From NCBI GenBank assembly GCA_027923505.1, contig BROI01000010.1, positions 310,001 to 374,000 on the forward strand: a stretch of 64,000 nucleotides of DNA, read 5' to 3'. The notes under the pieces were generated by a model, which had not been told where the DNA came from, ran no database searches, and was given only the letters and a program-made list of their open reading frames with translations. Below, piece after piece: positions 21,520 to 33,777 of the stretch (position 1 is its first letter; every line of letters starts with the position of its first letter). Origin of the DNA: Mayamaea pseudoterrestris. Lineage: Eukaryota. The position numbers and the translations under genes are program-made.

Positions 21520-23105
21520 TTAGTAGTAAAATCGACGGTATCTTGGTACCTCCTCCTCAATAGGCTCCTCCTCCTCTTCCAAAGTGACTGGCGAGCTGGT
21601 TTCCGTCGTGATCACTTCTTCCGCAGGAAGGATGCCCTTCTTCTTCTTAGCATTCTTCTTCTTGTCCTTCTTATCCTTCTTGTTCTTCATCATTCTCTGT
21701 GGCTCCTTGCAAACATCTCCCTTGATCTTTTTGGCCACCTGGAGGCGACGTTTCATTCCCGCCTTGGCGCCCGGGCCGCCTGGGCCTCCCTTGATCTTCA
21801 TGCCCTTCGTGTCTCCCTTGATTTTCATTCCTTTGGCACCCTTGATCATCATCATGTTACCCTTTGGCACTTTCATGCCGGTGGGGCGAGGAGCTCTAGT
21901 AGGAGCACAAGTTGGGCGAGGACGCATCGTCGGGCGCATGGTTGGGCGCCTTGTTGGACGCTAAAATGTTGAAATGGTAGAGAAAAGTTGGGTCAGCAAT
22001 GGTCAAGCAAGACAGCTAACAATAAAACCTTTGAACATGTGTACGTACCATTGTCGGTCTACGGGTCGGCATCATGGTCGGGCGACGAGTAGGCATCATC
22101 GTCGGGCGACGAGTAGGCATCATCGTTGGACGACGAGTGGGGCGCATAGTCATCGTCGGTCTACGCGTAGGAGTCTTGGTAGTAGGTCTGCGAGTCGGCA
22201 TCATGGTCGGACGACGCGTAGGAGCCCTGGTCATCTTAGGTCGCTACGATTGATTAAAAAGATACTGGGTAAGTACTGTGTTTCCACGAAGAAGAAAGAA
22301 CAAATAATTATGCAACGCACCTTCGTCGGATTCGGAGTTGGCATTCCAGTAGGACGCTTCGTTGGCCTCATTGTTGGACGTTTGGTCGGGTTTGGAGTTG
22401 GCATGCCCGTAGGACGCTTCGTTGGCATCATTGTTGGACGTTTGGTTGATGGAAGAGTTGGTCTTGGAGTTGGACGCTTTGTAGGGCGAAGCGTGGGCAA
22501 CTTTGTCGGATTTTTTGTAGGCACCTTTGTAGGTCGTTTCGTCGGGGTTTTGGTTGGAGCTTTCGTTGGCCTTTTGGTTGGAATTTTGGTCGGAGCTTTC
22601 GTTGGTACTTTGGTTGGCGGACGAGTTGGAATGCTGGCGCTTCCAGGAGGCAGTACCGACCCACTGCTGATGGGAGGAGGCACAGCGCCGGATGCGCTGC
22701 TGAAGGGCGGGACGACCGACGCGCTACTAATGGGCGTAGGGACGGCACCAGACGCACTGTTGAAAGGCGTCGGCACAGCTCCTGATGCACTGTTGAAAGG
22801 AGTTGGTACAGCTCCTGACGCGCTGCTGGAGATGGAGGCAGCTCTTCCTTCTCCATCCTCGACTGGCGGAATACCGAATTCGTCAAACAACCGGCCAGCA
22901 AGGGCACGAGCATCCTGTGCGTTGCAGTAGAAAAGGGAGAATTAGATGTAAGCCATTGTCCCAAAGATGTCGGTCGTTACGCAAACGATGATTTGATGTT
23001 TCGTACCATTGTCTCCTGCACCTCTTCTTCCATATTGGCTTCCGGAACTCCTGCGGATTTCGCAGCCGCCAAGAAACTTGCCACGATCAGCAAAGAAAAT
23101 TTCAT
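21520..23105 (-). CDS. Secreted Pro/Thr/Lys/Arg-rich repeat protein with RXL motifs; exons 23105-23007, 22914-22321, 22243-22049, 21960-21520
   Basis: Signal MKFSLLIVASFLAAAKSA; DARALAGRLF; SASGAVP repeats; many PT(K/R)RPT repeats; K-rich tail with KRRLQ; three phase-0 GT-AG introns join the ORF fragments. Confidence 0.82.
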
Positions 23106-23908
23106 AATGTTGCTTTGTCTATATGTGTCTCTTATGTTTAAGACAGCAATATATCAAACCTCGTGATAATACAACGATTGTTTGATGGCAAGATGTGGGT
23201 GGAGATCGAAATTTGAAATATTTGGCGAATCTGTGTCGCCAAGGAAAGAGCGATGGTGTGACATCAAGGATACCTTGAATTGTGTGTCATTTTGAAAGAT
23301 ACCATAAATTTTGATGTGCAAGTTTTCTCGTGACGTCAATCAGAGTCATTGGGCAATAGCTTATGGTTCTTCCAGACGTCATCATGGTGAACTTCGATTT
23401 GGTAGTGAACTGTTGTGTAGCATAATTGGACAGGTGTATCGGAAGTCACTTTTCATCACGTGATTTGCCGATCGCCAAAAGTAACGCCTGTGAGACTCAT
23501 GTTACAATTGCAGTCTACTCCATATAAGTAGCGGCAAGGCGATAAGACGAGGAGCGAAATGTTGCACGTGAGGAAAAGTTGCGTCAGAAAAGGAAGAACT
23601 GGTGGAGGATGGATACTGTGAGTGTCAGAATGCAAAAAAGTGATTATTCTATCTCACGTACTGCAACAATAACTGGAGGCCGTTAAAGAGTAGCCGATAT
23701 TGTTAGGCTACAAGTATGCACAAGGAGATGCGACGCATGCTCGTATGATATGACCGTATTTCGAAATCGGTACGACATTTATTCATCGTACCGGTACTAA
23801 ATCTTTCTTTCCTTCATTTTATTCTTCTCGATCTCGAGGCGCTTGTCCATTGGTCATGAAGGAACCACCATTAACCTCTTTTGTTACGTCGCTCAATCTA
23901 AATGAAGG

Positions 23909-25765
23909 ATGAACTATGCTACGGACCGCTTGGATCGAAAGTCTCGTAGCCGGATTGGATTACAAGGTCTCTTTCACGACTTCCAGCAGGCACTTGCAGA
24001 AACCAATCACTCAAGGCTCGCGCATGTTGCCCTTCACAAAGGCTGCAACCAAGCTGCTGCTTATCATGCGGGAACGGCATGGATGGAAGATCCCGATAAT
24101 TCCAGCTTGGCGGGGGACTATGCTCAAATTTGTGAGCTGAATGGCTATCCGGAAATCGGCCTGCTGGCCCTCCTCTGCTTTCGTTTGCGAGGCCGGCTAA
24201 AGAGTGTAGACGACTACAGTACTATTATTGTAAAAGGGACGCGGAGTAATCAGAAAGACAGTCCGACGTTTGAAGATTGGTCGACGAAGACTGCTTCGTG
24301 TGGCTGTCGATTGTCAAACTGTGGATTCGCGCACTGCTTTGTGGCCATGCTTCCCGAGTCAATACATGCGGCACAAAGAGTGCTTCGAAACTACTTTGTA
24401 TCGGCCAGCAAATGCAGCAAATCACCAGTCTTGACGGCTCATGAGATTTTGATGAGCCGGTCCAAGAAAGACAAGTTTGATACGGAGAGAGAATGCTCGT
24501 CTCATGTGCCTTTGGACCTACAGTTTTGGAACGCAAAAACAAACTCCAATACGCGTCGATTGTTCCCAGTCGTTCTCCAGACGCTTCTTATCAAACTTCT
24601 CTATCTTACCATTCCGAGTCTCGCTTGTGAGTTGCTTGTGCACGTTTCGCCCTTGGTGCTGGAAGACAACAAAGTCAAAGCGAACATGGTAGTGCACCAC
24701 AAATCGCACATGGCTTACATGGTTTTAATAGACGCCTTGGTGTTTGGTTCCAAGCATGCACTAGTCAAGCCAGGACGGCGACATTCACTAAAGTACTTTC
24801 ATGTACCTGTGCATGATCAGTGTCATGGATTGGATGCGAGGCGTGACTTTGCATTTACAAAGGGCAGGCGGCAGGAAGACAATGCAAGCAACAGCGACCT
24901 TATCGCATTTGACGAAGGCATGGAACATGAAAATCTGTGCGCTGGTGGTTACAGTGAGTCCAAAATTGGCGAATTTACAAAAAAGCTCGACGTGGTTGTC
25001 CAATTTGCTTCCTCCCATGTCATTTTACAATCTGATCCAAGTCGCCACGTTGTTCCGTCACCGCTGACCTGGTTATTGCCGCGCACTTTCCCGAGTGCAA
25101 ATGCCGAGTCATTGTATCTGGTTGGTGATTCGCACGTCTTGTCTCTAGCTTGGCAGCTCATTCAGTTGCCATCCGGTGACTTTCGGCGAATTGTTCCGGT
25201 TGTCGTGACGGGTTTGAAAGCTTGGCATGTTCGACCAGAAACGCGATTCTTCACGAGAGTCAACCTTGCCAACGTTTTGAGTACCAGAATACGTTCGAGT
25301 CGGACCATTCTCTTTTCGGCAGGTGAAATCGACTGTCGTGAAGGGCTTGGTGGTCCATTATTGGAGCGATATAAAGCGGACGATACGCTCATCAGAGCAC
25401 ATGTCGAACGCACCGTGCAAGAGTATGTTGACTCCTTGACCAAAGTAGTTGAGGACGTTAGCAATAGCTTGCAACAAATTTTAGTGCTACCAGTTGCCCC
25501 GCACGCAGCCAAAGGAACGTCCCGCATTGTAGGTCAAGCATCACGATGGGAAACGACACGAATATGGAACGAAACTTTGCAACAGCTGCTTCCTTCAAAG
25601 AATGTGCATTATCTAGACTACAGCAGTGAGCTACTTGACAAAACCTGCGACTCGTATACATTATTGCGAGCTTTGGATGCGGATTCAACCCACATGAATG
25701 CTGCATTTGCTCCTCTGCTGGAGAAAAGCATCGCTGCCAGCAGGTGTGCTCAAGATTTAATATAA
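23909..25765 (+). CDS. Unknown protein with C-terminal SGNH-hydrolase-like domain (5' end uncertain)
   Basis: 618-aa ORF; LVGDSHV (block I), GLKAWH, GEIDCRE and DSTH (DxxH-like). Confidence 0.62.
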   Translation: MNYATDRLDRKSRSRIGLQGLFHDFQQALAETNHSRLAHVALHKGCNQAAAYHAGTAWMEDPDNSSLAGDYAQICELNGYPEIGLLALLCFRLRGRLKSVDDYSTIIVKGTRSNQKDSPTFEDWSTKTASCGCRLSNCGFAHCFVAMLPESIHAAQRVLRNYFVSASKCSKSPVLTAHEILMSRSKKDKFDTERECSSHVPLDLQFWNAKTNSNTRRLFPVVLQTLLIKLLYLTIPSLACELLVHVSPLVLEDNKVKANMVVHHKSHMAYMVLIDALVFGSKHALVKPGRRHSLKYFHVPVHDQCHGLDARRDFAFTKGRRQEDNASNSDLIAFDEGMEHENLCAGGYSESKIGEFTKKLDVVVQFASSHVILQSDPSRHVVPSPLTWLLPRTFPSANAESLYLVGDSHVLSLAWQLIQLPSGDFRRIVPVVVTGLKAWHVRPETRFFTRVNLANVLSTRIRSSRTILFSAGEIDCREGLGGPLLERYKADDTLIRAHVERTVQEYVDSLTKVVEDVSNSLQQILVLPVAPHAAKGTSRIVGQASRWETTRIWNETLQQLLPSKNVHYLDYSSELLDKTCDSYTLLRALDADSTHMNAAFAPLLEKSIAASRCAQDLI

Positions 25766-25812
25766 GCGTCAAGTATGTGTTGCGTTACGTTATAGTAATT
25801 GCTAATAACAAA

Positions 25813-27093
25813 CTACTCGTTTCCACAGTTCAGTCTTTCCTGTAGTTCTCTTGCCAAGTCGCTATCAGATCGTAGTAATGCGCCTTGAGGTAATTTCAAC
25901 AAGACAGGTTCCACTTCGTCAAGTGTAAATTCCGTCTTTTTCATCATTTGGAAACCTTCCTGCAGCTTCTTGCTGGAGGGAACGCGTTGGGGCACAGTGT
26001 CAAAAAAGACGGATGAATTATCCTTTTCCCAGGTACGTAACAATAGCGCCATGTGTTGTCGAAGATCATCCAAATCCTTTTGCATCACCTTGAGAATGGG
26101 ATTGCGAGCCACGTCGGGAATTCCGGGAGCTGCGTCTGACTCTCGAGTCCTTAACGCGACGGATGCTTCCGACATGAGGGCAATAGCGATTCCATACTCG
26201 CACGCATCCCAGAAAGCCCGCGCTTGAAAATACAAACTCAAGGACTTTTGCACGTTGATTTGAAATGTGGTGAGTGTGAAAAACTCCTTGTCCATGCGTG
26301 CCATTTGCACGTAGGCATCGCGACGAAGCTGGCTGACAAACTCCTCCAACTGATCCGCCACGCCAAGACATAGCTTGCCAAGCAGTGAATAGTTTGGTGT
26401 ACCAGGCTTAATAAGAACAGTAGCAATTGCCATTTGCTGTCCATTGGCCATGAATAAATTAGCCAGAGCCTTTGCCATGGCAGCATGACATTCACTCGGA
26501 AGTTGCTGCTCGTCAACCGATGAGCCCTTGCTGATCCACTTTGGCAGCAAATCCTCAGACAAGAAGGTAAAGATTCCAGCTGCAGCCGCATAGTCTCTTG
26601 ATGATGCTGCAAACTCGCCTTGCACCGAATTCTCTGTTGCGCTAGTAACCTTTCCCAGTCCCTCGCTGACAACCGTCATGACCAAGTCGTACATGATTGC
26701 CTCCGACTTGAAAGACTGTGGAGACTCTTCCACACCACTTTTCCAGCCAAACACCAATCTCTCATTCAATTGAGCTTCTTCTGGTTGGACTTTGCAGGAA
26801 AGTAGAATTGTATTGATGATTGGTTGAAAGCGTTTGGCTTCCGAAATAACTCGTTCCGATGATGTCCGTTCAGCGTTCAAGGCATCATACAACCGGCCGC
26901 GTACATCATCGGCATTTAGCATGAGTTTACGAGTCTTGTCGGCCTGGCCGGCAGTCTTGAAAGACTTGGCGAAACTGACCTGTCGATCCATCTTGGGAAC
27001 CTTGAAGCGATGAACGGCGCACGCCAAACGGATGCAGCTGTCTGGATGGTCAACGTTTGGTCCAGTGTGATCTCTGTAAAAGATATTTGACAT
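25813..27093 (-). CDS. BRO1-domain protein (ESCRT-associated, BROX/Alix-like)
   Basis: LVFGW, AAAGIF.FL, YGIAIA and EKDNSSVFFDTVP, typical of the BRO1 C-terminus. Confidence 0.82.
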   Translation of the reverse strand: MSNIFYRDHTGPNVDHPDSCIRLACAVHRFKVPKMDRQVSFAKSFKTAGQADKTRKLMLNADDVRGRLYDALNAERTSSERVISEAKRFQPIINTILLSCKVQPEEAQLNERLVFGWKSGVEESPQSFKSEAIMYDLVMTVVSEGLGKVTSATENSVQGEFAASSRDYAAAAGIFTFLSEDLLPKWISKGSSVDEQQLPSECHAAMAKALANLFMANGQQMAIATVLIKPGTPNYSLLGKLCLGVADQLEEFVSQLRRDAYVQMARMDKEFFTLTTFQINVQKSLSLYFQARAFWDACEYGIAIALMSEASVALRTRESDAAPGIPDVARNPILKVMQKDLDDLRQHMALLLRTWEKDNSSVFFDTVPQRVPSSKKLQEGFQMMKKTEFTLDEVEPVLLKLPQGALLRSDSDLARELQERLNCGNE

Positions 27094-27401
27094 GGTTTAA
27101 GTTTGAGACAAAGCCTAATTGTCTGGTAATGAATCAAGTCGAATTGTTTTTTCCTTCAAAGAACGACGAGTGCATGATTGTGGTCGTGCGTTGGCAGAAA
27201 TCGCCTTCGCGGAAAATCAACTCACTTTTTTGCTCGTGTCGCACCGTTACTTACGACGACAAGTCGTCCAAACATCCTGCCATCACCATGCGGGGACCAA
27301 AGAGTAACTTAAGAAAGTCATTCTGGCTGTCCTGTTTCTCACTTGATGACAATATAGGAATCGCTACCGGCTGATGAATTTGCGCCGGTAAGCGACCAAA
27401 C

Positions 27402-28721
27402 ATGGCGACACACGAGACTCATGTGCATCCATCATCACGCTTTACTGGAACGGAACCCTTTCTGGCTGGACTTTCGCCATGTTTTTGGTCGCACGTGCCA
27501 CTCATGGCGGCGCATATAAACAGTCTCAAGCTTATCAATGGTTTGAATTGCATTGTGGTAGACGTACTTGACGCGACAACAAAACTTTTGCCAATTCAAA
27601 AAGTGACAATGGTTGGAACGATTGTCTGTGCAGAGCGCCGATCCAATGGCTCTGTCATGTATGTTTTGGACGATGGGACTGGATTTGTAGATTGTATGCA
27701 TTGGATTGAGAATCCTTTTAGCTTGCCGTCCTTGACTGGCGAAGATGCCGAGGACGAAAGAAGGGGCGCGTATTCTGTAGGAACACTCGTTAAAGTCATG
27801 GGACGCATTGAATGTTTAGCCATACACACTGACAATGTGGAAAAGATTGGCTACAATGGACACCTCCTCGAGTCGCAAGCATGCGTCCGTGAAATTCATG
27901 CCACTATTGTGCAGGATCTGTCAGCCGTTGCAGATGCGGAATGTCGCCATTGGTTCAGGTGTCAGTCTCTCCTTCGAACCAACTTGAATGCCAGCGAAGT
28001 CCTTACGACAAAGCTTGGTTCTGAGATTGAACAACAGGTTGCTGATCGAACGAATTTGCCAGCTATTGATGACACTTCTGGCGAGTGGCGGCTCTTTGGA
28101 ACAAGGTGCATATGTCAATCACGTTACAAGGAGAGGCTGCTGTGTAAGTGAGTCTACATCGTAACTACGTTGTCGCTACTGAATTCATAATAGTTGCCAC
28201 TTTAATACACGCGCATCAGCTCACGACTTGATTGCACTATTGCAGACTGCCACTGTCAGGCTACCATGGAGCCGCTTGATCCCCACTACCGATTCCGCGA
28301 CTACTTTTTGGAGACGCTCATCGAGCTGGAAGCCTCAAGTTCAAACGACCAGCCTTTTCGAATACAGTACAAGTTTCTTGTTGGCAACCACGAAATCCAA
28401 TCCATGGCGTTAAACGTGGTTGGGCCAACGGGAGATGCGAGGCGCTTGCTTTCGAATACTGTTCGATGCCTGCGAAAGGACGGGATTCTTTATCTGCTCT
28501 GTCAAGAGTCCGACACATATTTGCTAGTATCGGCTGACCGCGTGCTCAAGCCTTATCTACAAAAGGTAATGTCAAGAGACCATAAAGATGCTGCAGAACG
28601 AGCTTTGCTAAATTTGAACCGGCCCGAATATCTTTCCAACGTACCAAAGGCGAGGTTGGACCTTGTGAAACGGCGTCTCGTGAACGAATTGAGGGATATG
28701 CAGGAGCGGGATAACGGATGA
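27402..28721 (+). CDS. OB-fold ssDNA-binding protein, Stn1 (CST)/RPA32-like; intron 28144-28245
   Basis: KVTMVGTIV...YVLDDGTGFVDC...GTLVKVMGRI OB fold; Cys/His cluster C-x-C...YCHC and a possible winged-helix C-terminus. Confidence 0.72.
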
Positions 28722-29162
28722 CAGTACGCAGCTACATGATAACAACAGCTTGTATTATACCATCAAACTGTCATCCACCTACTAGTAGGTAGTTCTTTGG
28801 TGCGTTATATTGCAAGCTCGTCTTACTCCGCGCACCCAAACGCGATGGTCATAGTCATTTCGTCAAGGTCATCTTCAATCGTTTTCATGAAAAGCGTTCG
28901 TTCGAAATCGCCGCGCACCTTCCCTCCGCGTTGCTCGAGCTTCGACAAGTCGGCATAGCGGATGAAGCATAGATAGCGGCCACTTTGCGGCCCAAGTAGA
29001 CAGACAGCTACGTGACGCTCACTTTTAAATCTACCTGGCTGTAAGCGCTAGCTTTTATAGTTTCAGCTTCGCCGGTCGCTGCGCTTAGCTTGGCTCCTTT
29101 TTCCTCCTCCTCGGACTGTTGCGCAAGTGCATCCACTTTGGAAATACTTGCAGACTAACAAA

Positions 29163-29705
29163 ATGCCGGACGACAAGATGACACCTCTAGTTTCGCACAA
29201 GTCACTCATGTTCTACGATTTAGACTGCATGCTGAATGTTTCCACAAGTCTGGCAAACGGATACATTGTCATCCTCGCAGGTGGTGCGCCGAAGGAATCC
29301 GTCTTGAATGCGCAAGGTTGCGTCGTGAATCAACCTATAGAAAAAGAGGCTGACAATATTGTCTTGGGCTTTTTGGCATTGACGGAAGGTAACGTTATCG
29401 ATTCATGCTTTGGTGTTAGCCCCGTCACTAGCAAAATGTCCTCTAGCAGAAAGTATGTGGAACGACTCAAGTCGCTCTTGCTTTCCGCGGCCGATGAGAA
29501 TGACGACATTCGTCGTTTAGCAGTTGATACGTATATTGAGATCTTTGGAGTGCTGCTGCAATATCAAGGACAGCTGCGGAATTTAAATTGTTTCACTCGA
29601 TGCTTTCGCTACGGACGATTACGTCGACAAGCTCAAGCCAATTTAGAACGAGTCTTTGAAACACTCAAACATGCAATCCAAACGTGCACTCGACTAGAAA
29701 TATGA
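29163..29705 (+). CDS. Hypothetical protein
   Basis: 180-aa ATG ORF with globular composition, flanked by non-coding DNA; no family recognised. Confidence 0.6.
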   Translation: MPDDKMTPLVSHKSLMFYDLDCMLNVSTSLANGYIVILAGGAPKESVLNAQGCVVNQPIEKEADNIVLGFLALTEGNVIDSCFGVSPVTSKMSSSRKYVERLKSLLLSAADENDDIRRLAVDTYIEIFGVLLQYQGQLRNLNCFTRCFRYGRLRRQAQANLERVFETLKHAIQTCTRLEI

Positions 29706-30215
29706 CAATATAGTTGCAGATTGAACCTATTGATTCTATTTACTGCAACTCCTACTTTTCTTCTGCGTAGTCTGCAAACTAAATGCACGTTTCCTTGAAT
29801 TACGCGTTACGATGCGCCTGCCTTCTTCGAACGCATCAAGAACCTGTTACGATTGTAGCCTGCAGATTATGGCGATTGCGGCAATTCATGTTTATTATTA
29901 ATTATAAGCGAGAAGAAGGGTTGATGAGTTGGGGCGACGGATAACTGTTGTGTGCAAGAACGTCATCGCCCATCGCCATTGTCTATCCTTTGCGCAACTG
30001 GGGAGCACTGACGAGCGTCAAACAATCACTATTTTGAAAATGGATTGGGGCGATTTAACATATACACTCTATTTACGGCAACATTAAAACGTCAACATAA
30101 AACATGGCAAAGCAAAAGATTGGGAAGAGGAGATATTGTACTGGGTGCGCGCGTATGATAAAGCAGAAGCAGCACCAGCTATGTACGGCGATTGGCATCG
30201 TTTAAGCAGCAGCTG

Positions 30216-33200
30216 CTACTTCTTTTTCTCCTTCTTGTCTTTCTTCTCCTTCTTCTCTTTCTTTTCCTTCTATGAAATGGAGTAGCGATGCGTTCATGAG
30301 CAAGTTCAATATGGAAATACAAGGTAAAGCGCTCGGGTAAAATATTAAGGCGTACCTTCTCTTTCTTTTCCTTCTTCTCCTCTTTCGGCTCCTTCTTGAC
30401 TTTCTTTTCCTTTTCCTTCTCCTTGCCGTCTTTCTCTTTCTTGACCTTCTTCTCCTGCAAAGTGATTCCCCGTAGCTGGTTAGCATGGATCGTTCGTTTT
30501 CTCCAACGCAAACCACAACCGCTACAACAGATGTGCTTACCTTCTTTTCCTTCTTGTCTTTCTTTGGCGCAGACTCTGGCTGCTCCTCGTCTGATGAACC
30601 ACGGCTCGAGTTCTCGTCATAATCGTCGTCAAGAGTTCCAGAGCGAAACTCTATGGATCGGCGACCACCTTGCTTTAGTATCGCAATAGTTTCATCGTAC
30701 GAATGGACAACCTGCTTGTTCACAGAGACAATCACATCACCAATATTGATCACGCCAGAAGCGCGAGCGGGAGAAGGTTGGTCGGGTCCGGCGTCTAAAA
30801 AATCAAACACACGACAAGATCGATCGCCTTTCGTTGGCTCAAGCTGCATCCCAATCGGTCCCTCTTCAAACACAACAACCTTGAGTTCGGCCTCGTGGCT
30901 AGATCCGCTGGTGCTTCCGTCGCTTGCAGTGTCATTTAGTGGTTGATCGTCCGAGTCGTGGCTCCTATTGAGAGCAATCGCAATCGAATCGACATCGACC
31001 GGTCCACCAAACCCATTCTTCGCACCGCTAGACTTTGAAGGTGATTTACGACTGGGAGATCGGGATGCAGGTGGAGGTGATGGCGGATCAATTAACTCGG
31101 GCTGTCCGAAATTTTCCCATGTTTCCACTTCCTCCTCCAGCTCTTGAAGTACTGGGGCGACCTTCTTGGAGCTTAATATATCAGGTGGCATAATCTGTAG
31201 CGTCCTCATTAAAGTCACACGAACGTTCGAGATCTTATCCTCCTTCATAACAAGAGCTTCATCGATCAGTAAATCCATAAGGACATTCCGCAAATGCTTT
31301 TGCTCTGCTTTGGTCAATTTCAAGTAGGGACCCTCCATATTATCGTCGACGCTTGTTCCGTAGAGCTCCAAATATTTGCTCCGCAGCTCTGACACTGGAT
31401 CGTTTGATTGGAATTGTTGATTGTCAATGTCGTCACCGAACCGAAGCGCCAAGCCAATGGCTGCACATATCCTGCAATACAATTGTCGGTCGTTAAAATT
31501 GTTCAACTTTGGGACCTTAGGCTGCCCTTTGCGGCCATTGGTAAACGCTCCAATTTTTAGAACTTTTTCCTTTATCCATTGCGTACAAGCAGTCGAAGTA
31601 TCGGAACTCCACTTCTCTGGTTTAGCAATCTCGGACTGACGCTTTACTATGTCGATGGAAAATGCTCGCAGCATCATTGGAACCGCCCACATTGCATCCT
31701 CTCGTACCGAACATATCGGATCGATGAGCAGAACTTGTAAAACAGGCCAAACATAGTCTCGGACAAGTAAGGAATCGAGGGTTTGTATCAGCATTGGCAA
31801 GCTCCTAGCGAGATAATCTCTCTGACGCCAATTTAAAACGAGTGGGTTCGAAGCGCTCCTTTTGCGAGCACCCAAGAATTCGTCACCCATGACAACTTCG
31901 TGCCACTGCAGAAATGGGCCTCGTCGCTCAGCTTCCGGAAGCATCTCAAGTATATACGGGAAATTCCTTATGACGTTCAGTCGCACAGACTCATCGGTAT
32001 CATTCAAGAAATACTCTTGAAAAACTGGAAGGATATCAACTAGTGTAGCTTCCGACCCCAACACTCTCGCCACTGTGTGGAGACTACTCGCCAAGCATCG
32101 TTTCACTGGCAGCGGGGGTTCTGGCGGTTCCTCTTCTTCGCCTTCGTCGCCGCCACCCTTTGCGTAGTTCGAATTTAACAATGAAAAGAAGCAAGTCTTC
32201 AACGGACCTTCCCAGTGATCCTGTCCGAGCAAAAGAGCAATGGCAGGAAAGCTGTATGCGCAATATACTCTCATTTCAGCGTCTGTATTCTCGTCACCAG
32301 TGGTTACAATTGCCAAAGCAGCAAAATAATCAAGGAGTTGCTCCTGAATCGCTTGAATGTCCGCAGGCTCGGGCGGATATTTTCTTCGATGCTGGCATAC
32401 AGCGTGCAACGACAAGGCCGACATGCGATGGGCTTGTAGAAAAATGGGCAGTGCGCTATATAGCTTTTCGCCGTCGGTAAGTTCCCGTGGTGTAAATTGT
32501 TCCAAACTAGAGTGGACGGGTGTTGGGGCAAGAGTAATCGAGTTTTGTGACGAGTTTAAACGGCTAACCATGCTGGTGGCATGCGGAAAGAACTGAGAAA
32601 CGATTCCAGAATGATTGGAACCGTCACTTTCTGTACTTGTCGGTAGCAATCCTTTCAAAGGCGAATATTGGAAGGGATAGAAACTGGCGAGAAACGGTCC
32701 AAGAAATTGCATCATACCTTGTCGAACCATCTTGTGCGAATCTTGTATTAATCGATCAGCAATTGGAATCAACTTGTCTCGCCTCAGCTGGTATAGTAAG
32801 TTTTTCTTTGCTTCATCCTCTTGTGCTGCTGCTAATATAATCAAGCTTCGACTCATGTCCACTAAACATTCGCCGCTGCTCTTTCGAATTCGATGCACCT
32901 GGTCGCTCGACAATTCCTCAAAGGCTGGAACAATCTTTTCTGTGACAATCTCAACGTCACACGCTGCCAATAATCGCGGCAGCGCCTGTACCGCACTCCT
33001 TCTGACTCGAAAGCTTGGATCAGCGCAAAGTTCCAAGACGGCTGGCAAAACCTGGGCCGGCACCCACTGCGAAGAGTCTCGCAAATGAGCATTTTCACTC
33101 GCCACGCCCGACAGTTCCGCCAACAAATTGCAAGCGGTAATGCGCAACTCATCAATCTTTTGATCCGACTCGGACCGCTTCTTGGCAGTTGGATTGCTGG

Positions 33201-33777
33201 GCTTTTGATATGCCATTTGCAAACAGACGGGCAAGCAGTAGGCTGGAATGTCATGTGGCTGCAAATGAACCGCCAGCGACGCCATTGTGGTTGCCGCCGC
33301 CCGACGAACGTCCAAATCCGCATCGGCAATCAGCGCATTCAAGTAGTTGTGAATGACTGACTGCGTCACCAAATCGTAGCCTTGCTGAAACATGACGCTC
33401 TTTTTATGCGGCAGCGAGTACTCGTGCGAATTGTCAATCAAGTATTGCACGCCTCCCCTTTTATGTTGATACAAACTCGGATGAAGCATTGCTACTATTG
33501 ATACTTGCAAAAGTTGCGCCGCCAAGTGCTGTCGAATGACCGACTCTGGATCACTGACTAGACTTTCTAGCGCTGGAATCAAGTATTGAACCGTTGGCTC
33601 GGCTCCAATGAGTTCGGCCGTTTCGGCAATCATTTTCACGTGCACCAACCGCTGCAACGCAACTTGCGACTGAATGTATCGGACGATACGATCCAAAATG
33701 GGCAAGTCATCGTCGACGGTCAAGTCCTCAAAGCGGACCTCGGCACTGAGATTTGCTTCGCCGCCTGATTCGTCCAT
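30216..33777 (-). CDS. HEAT-repeat PP4 regulatory subunit 1 (PP4R1)-like protein with C-terminal PDZ domain and K/E-rich tail; exons 33777-30541, 30454-30356, 30269-30216
   Basis: PP2A-A/PP4R1-type HEATs (DPESVIRQ, DPSFRVRR, CAYSFPAIALLLGQDHW, VKRCLASSLH, NWRQR, DKISNVR); PDZ (EGPIGMQL...SPARASGVINIGDVIVSVN). Confidence 0.83.

Noticed and set aside
21469..22930. Long plus-strand ORFs rich in VGR/VG repeats (also antisense ORFs at 38984-39433, 47059-47787, 60461-60727)
   Set aside because: Antisense shadows of low-complexity coding repeats on the other strand.
30202..30540. C-terminus of the 1191-aa ORF as given in the track (VVAVVVCVG..., RRRRSRKRK...)
   Set aside because: Read-through of two GT-AG introns; the spliced frame gives a coherent KEKK tail ending at 30216.
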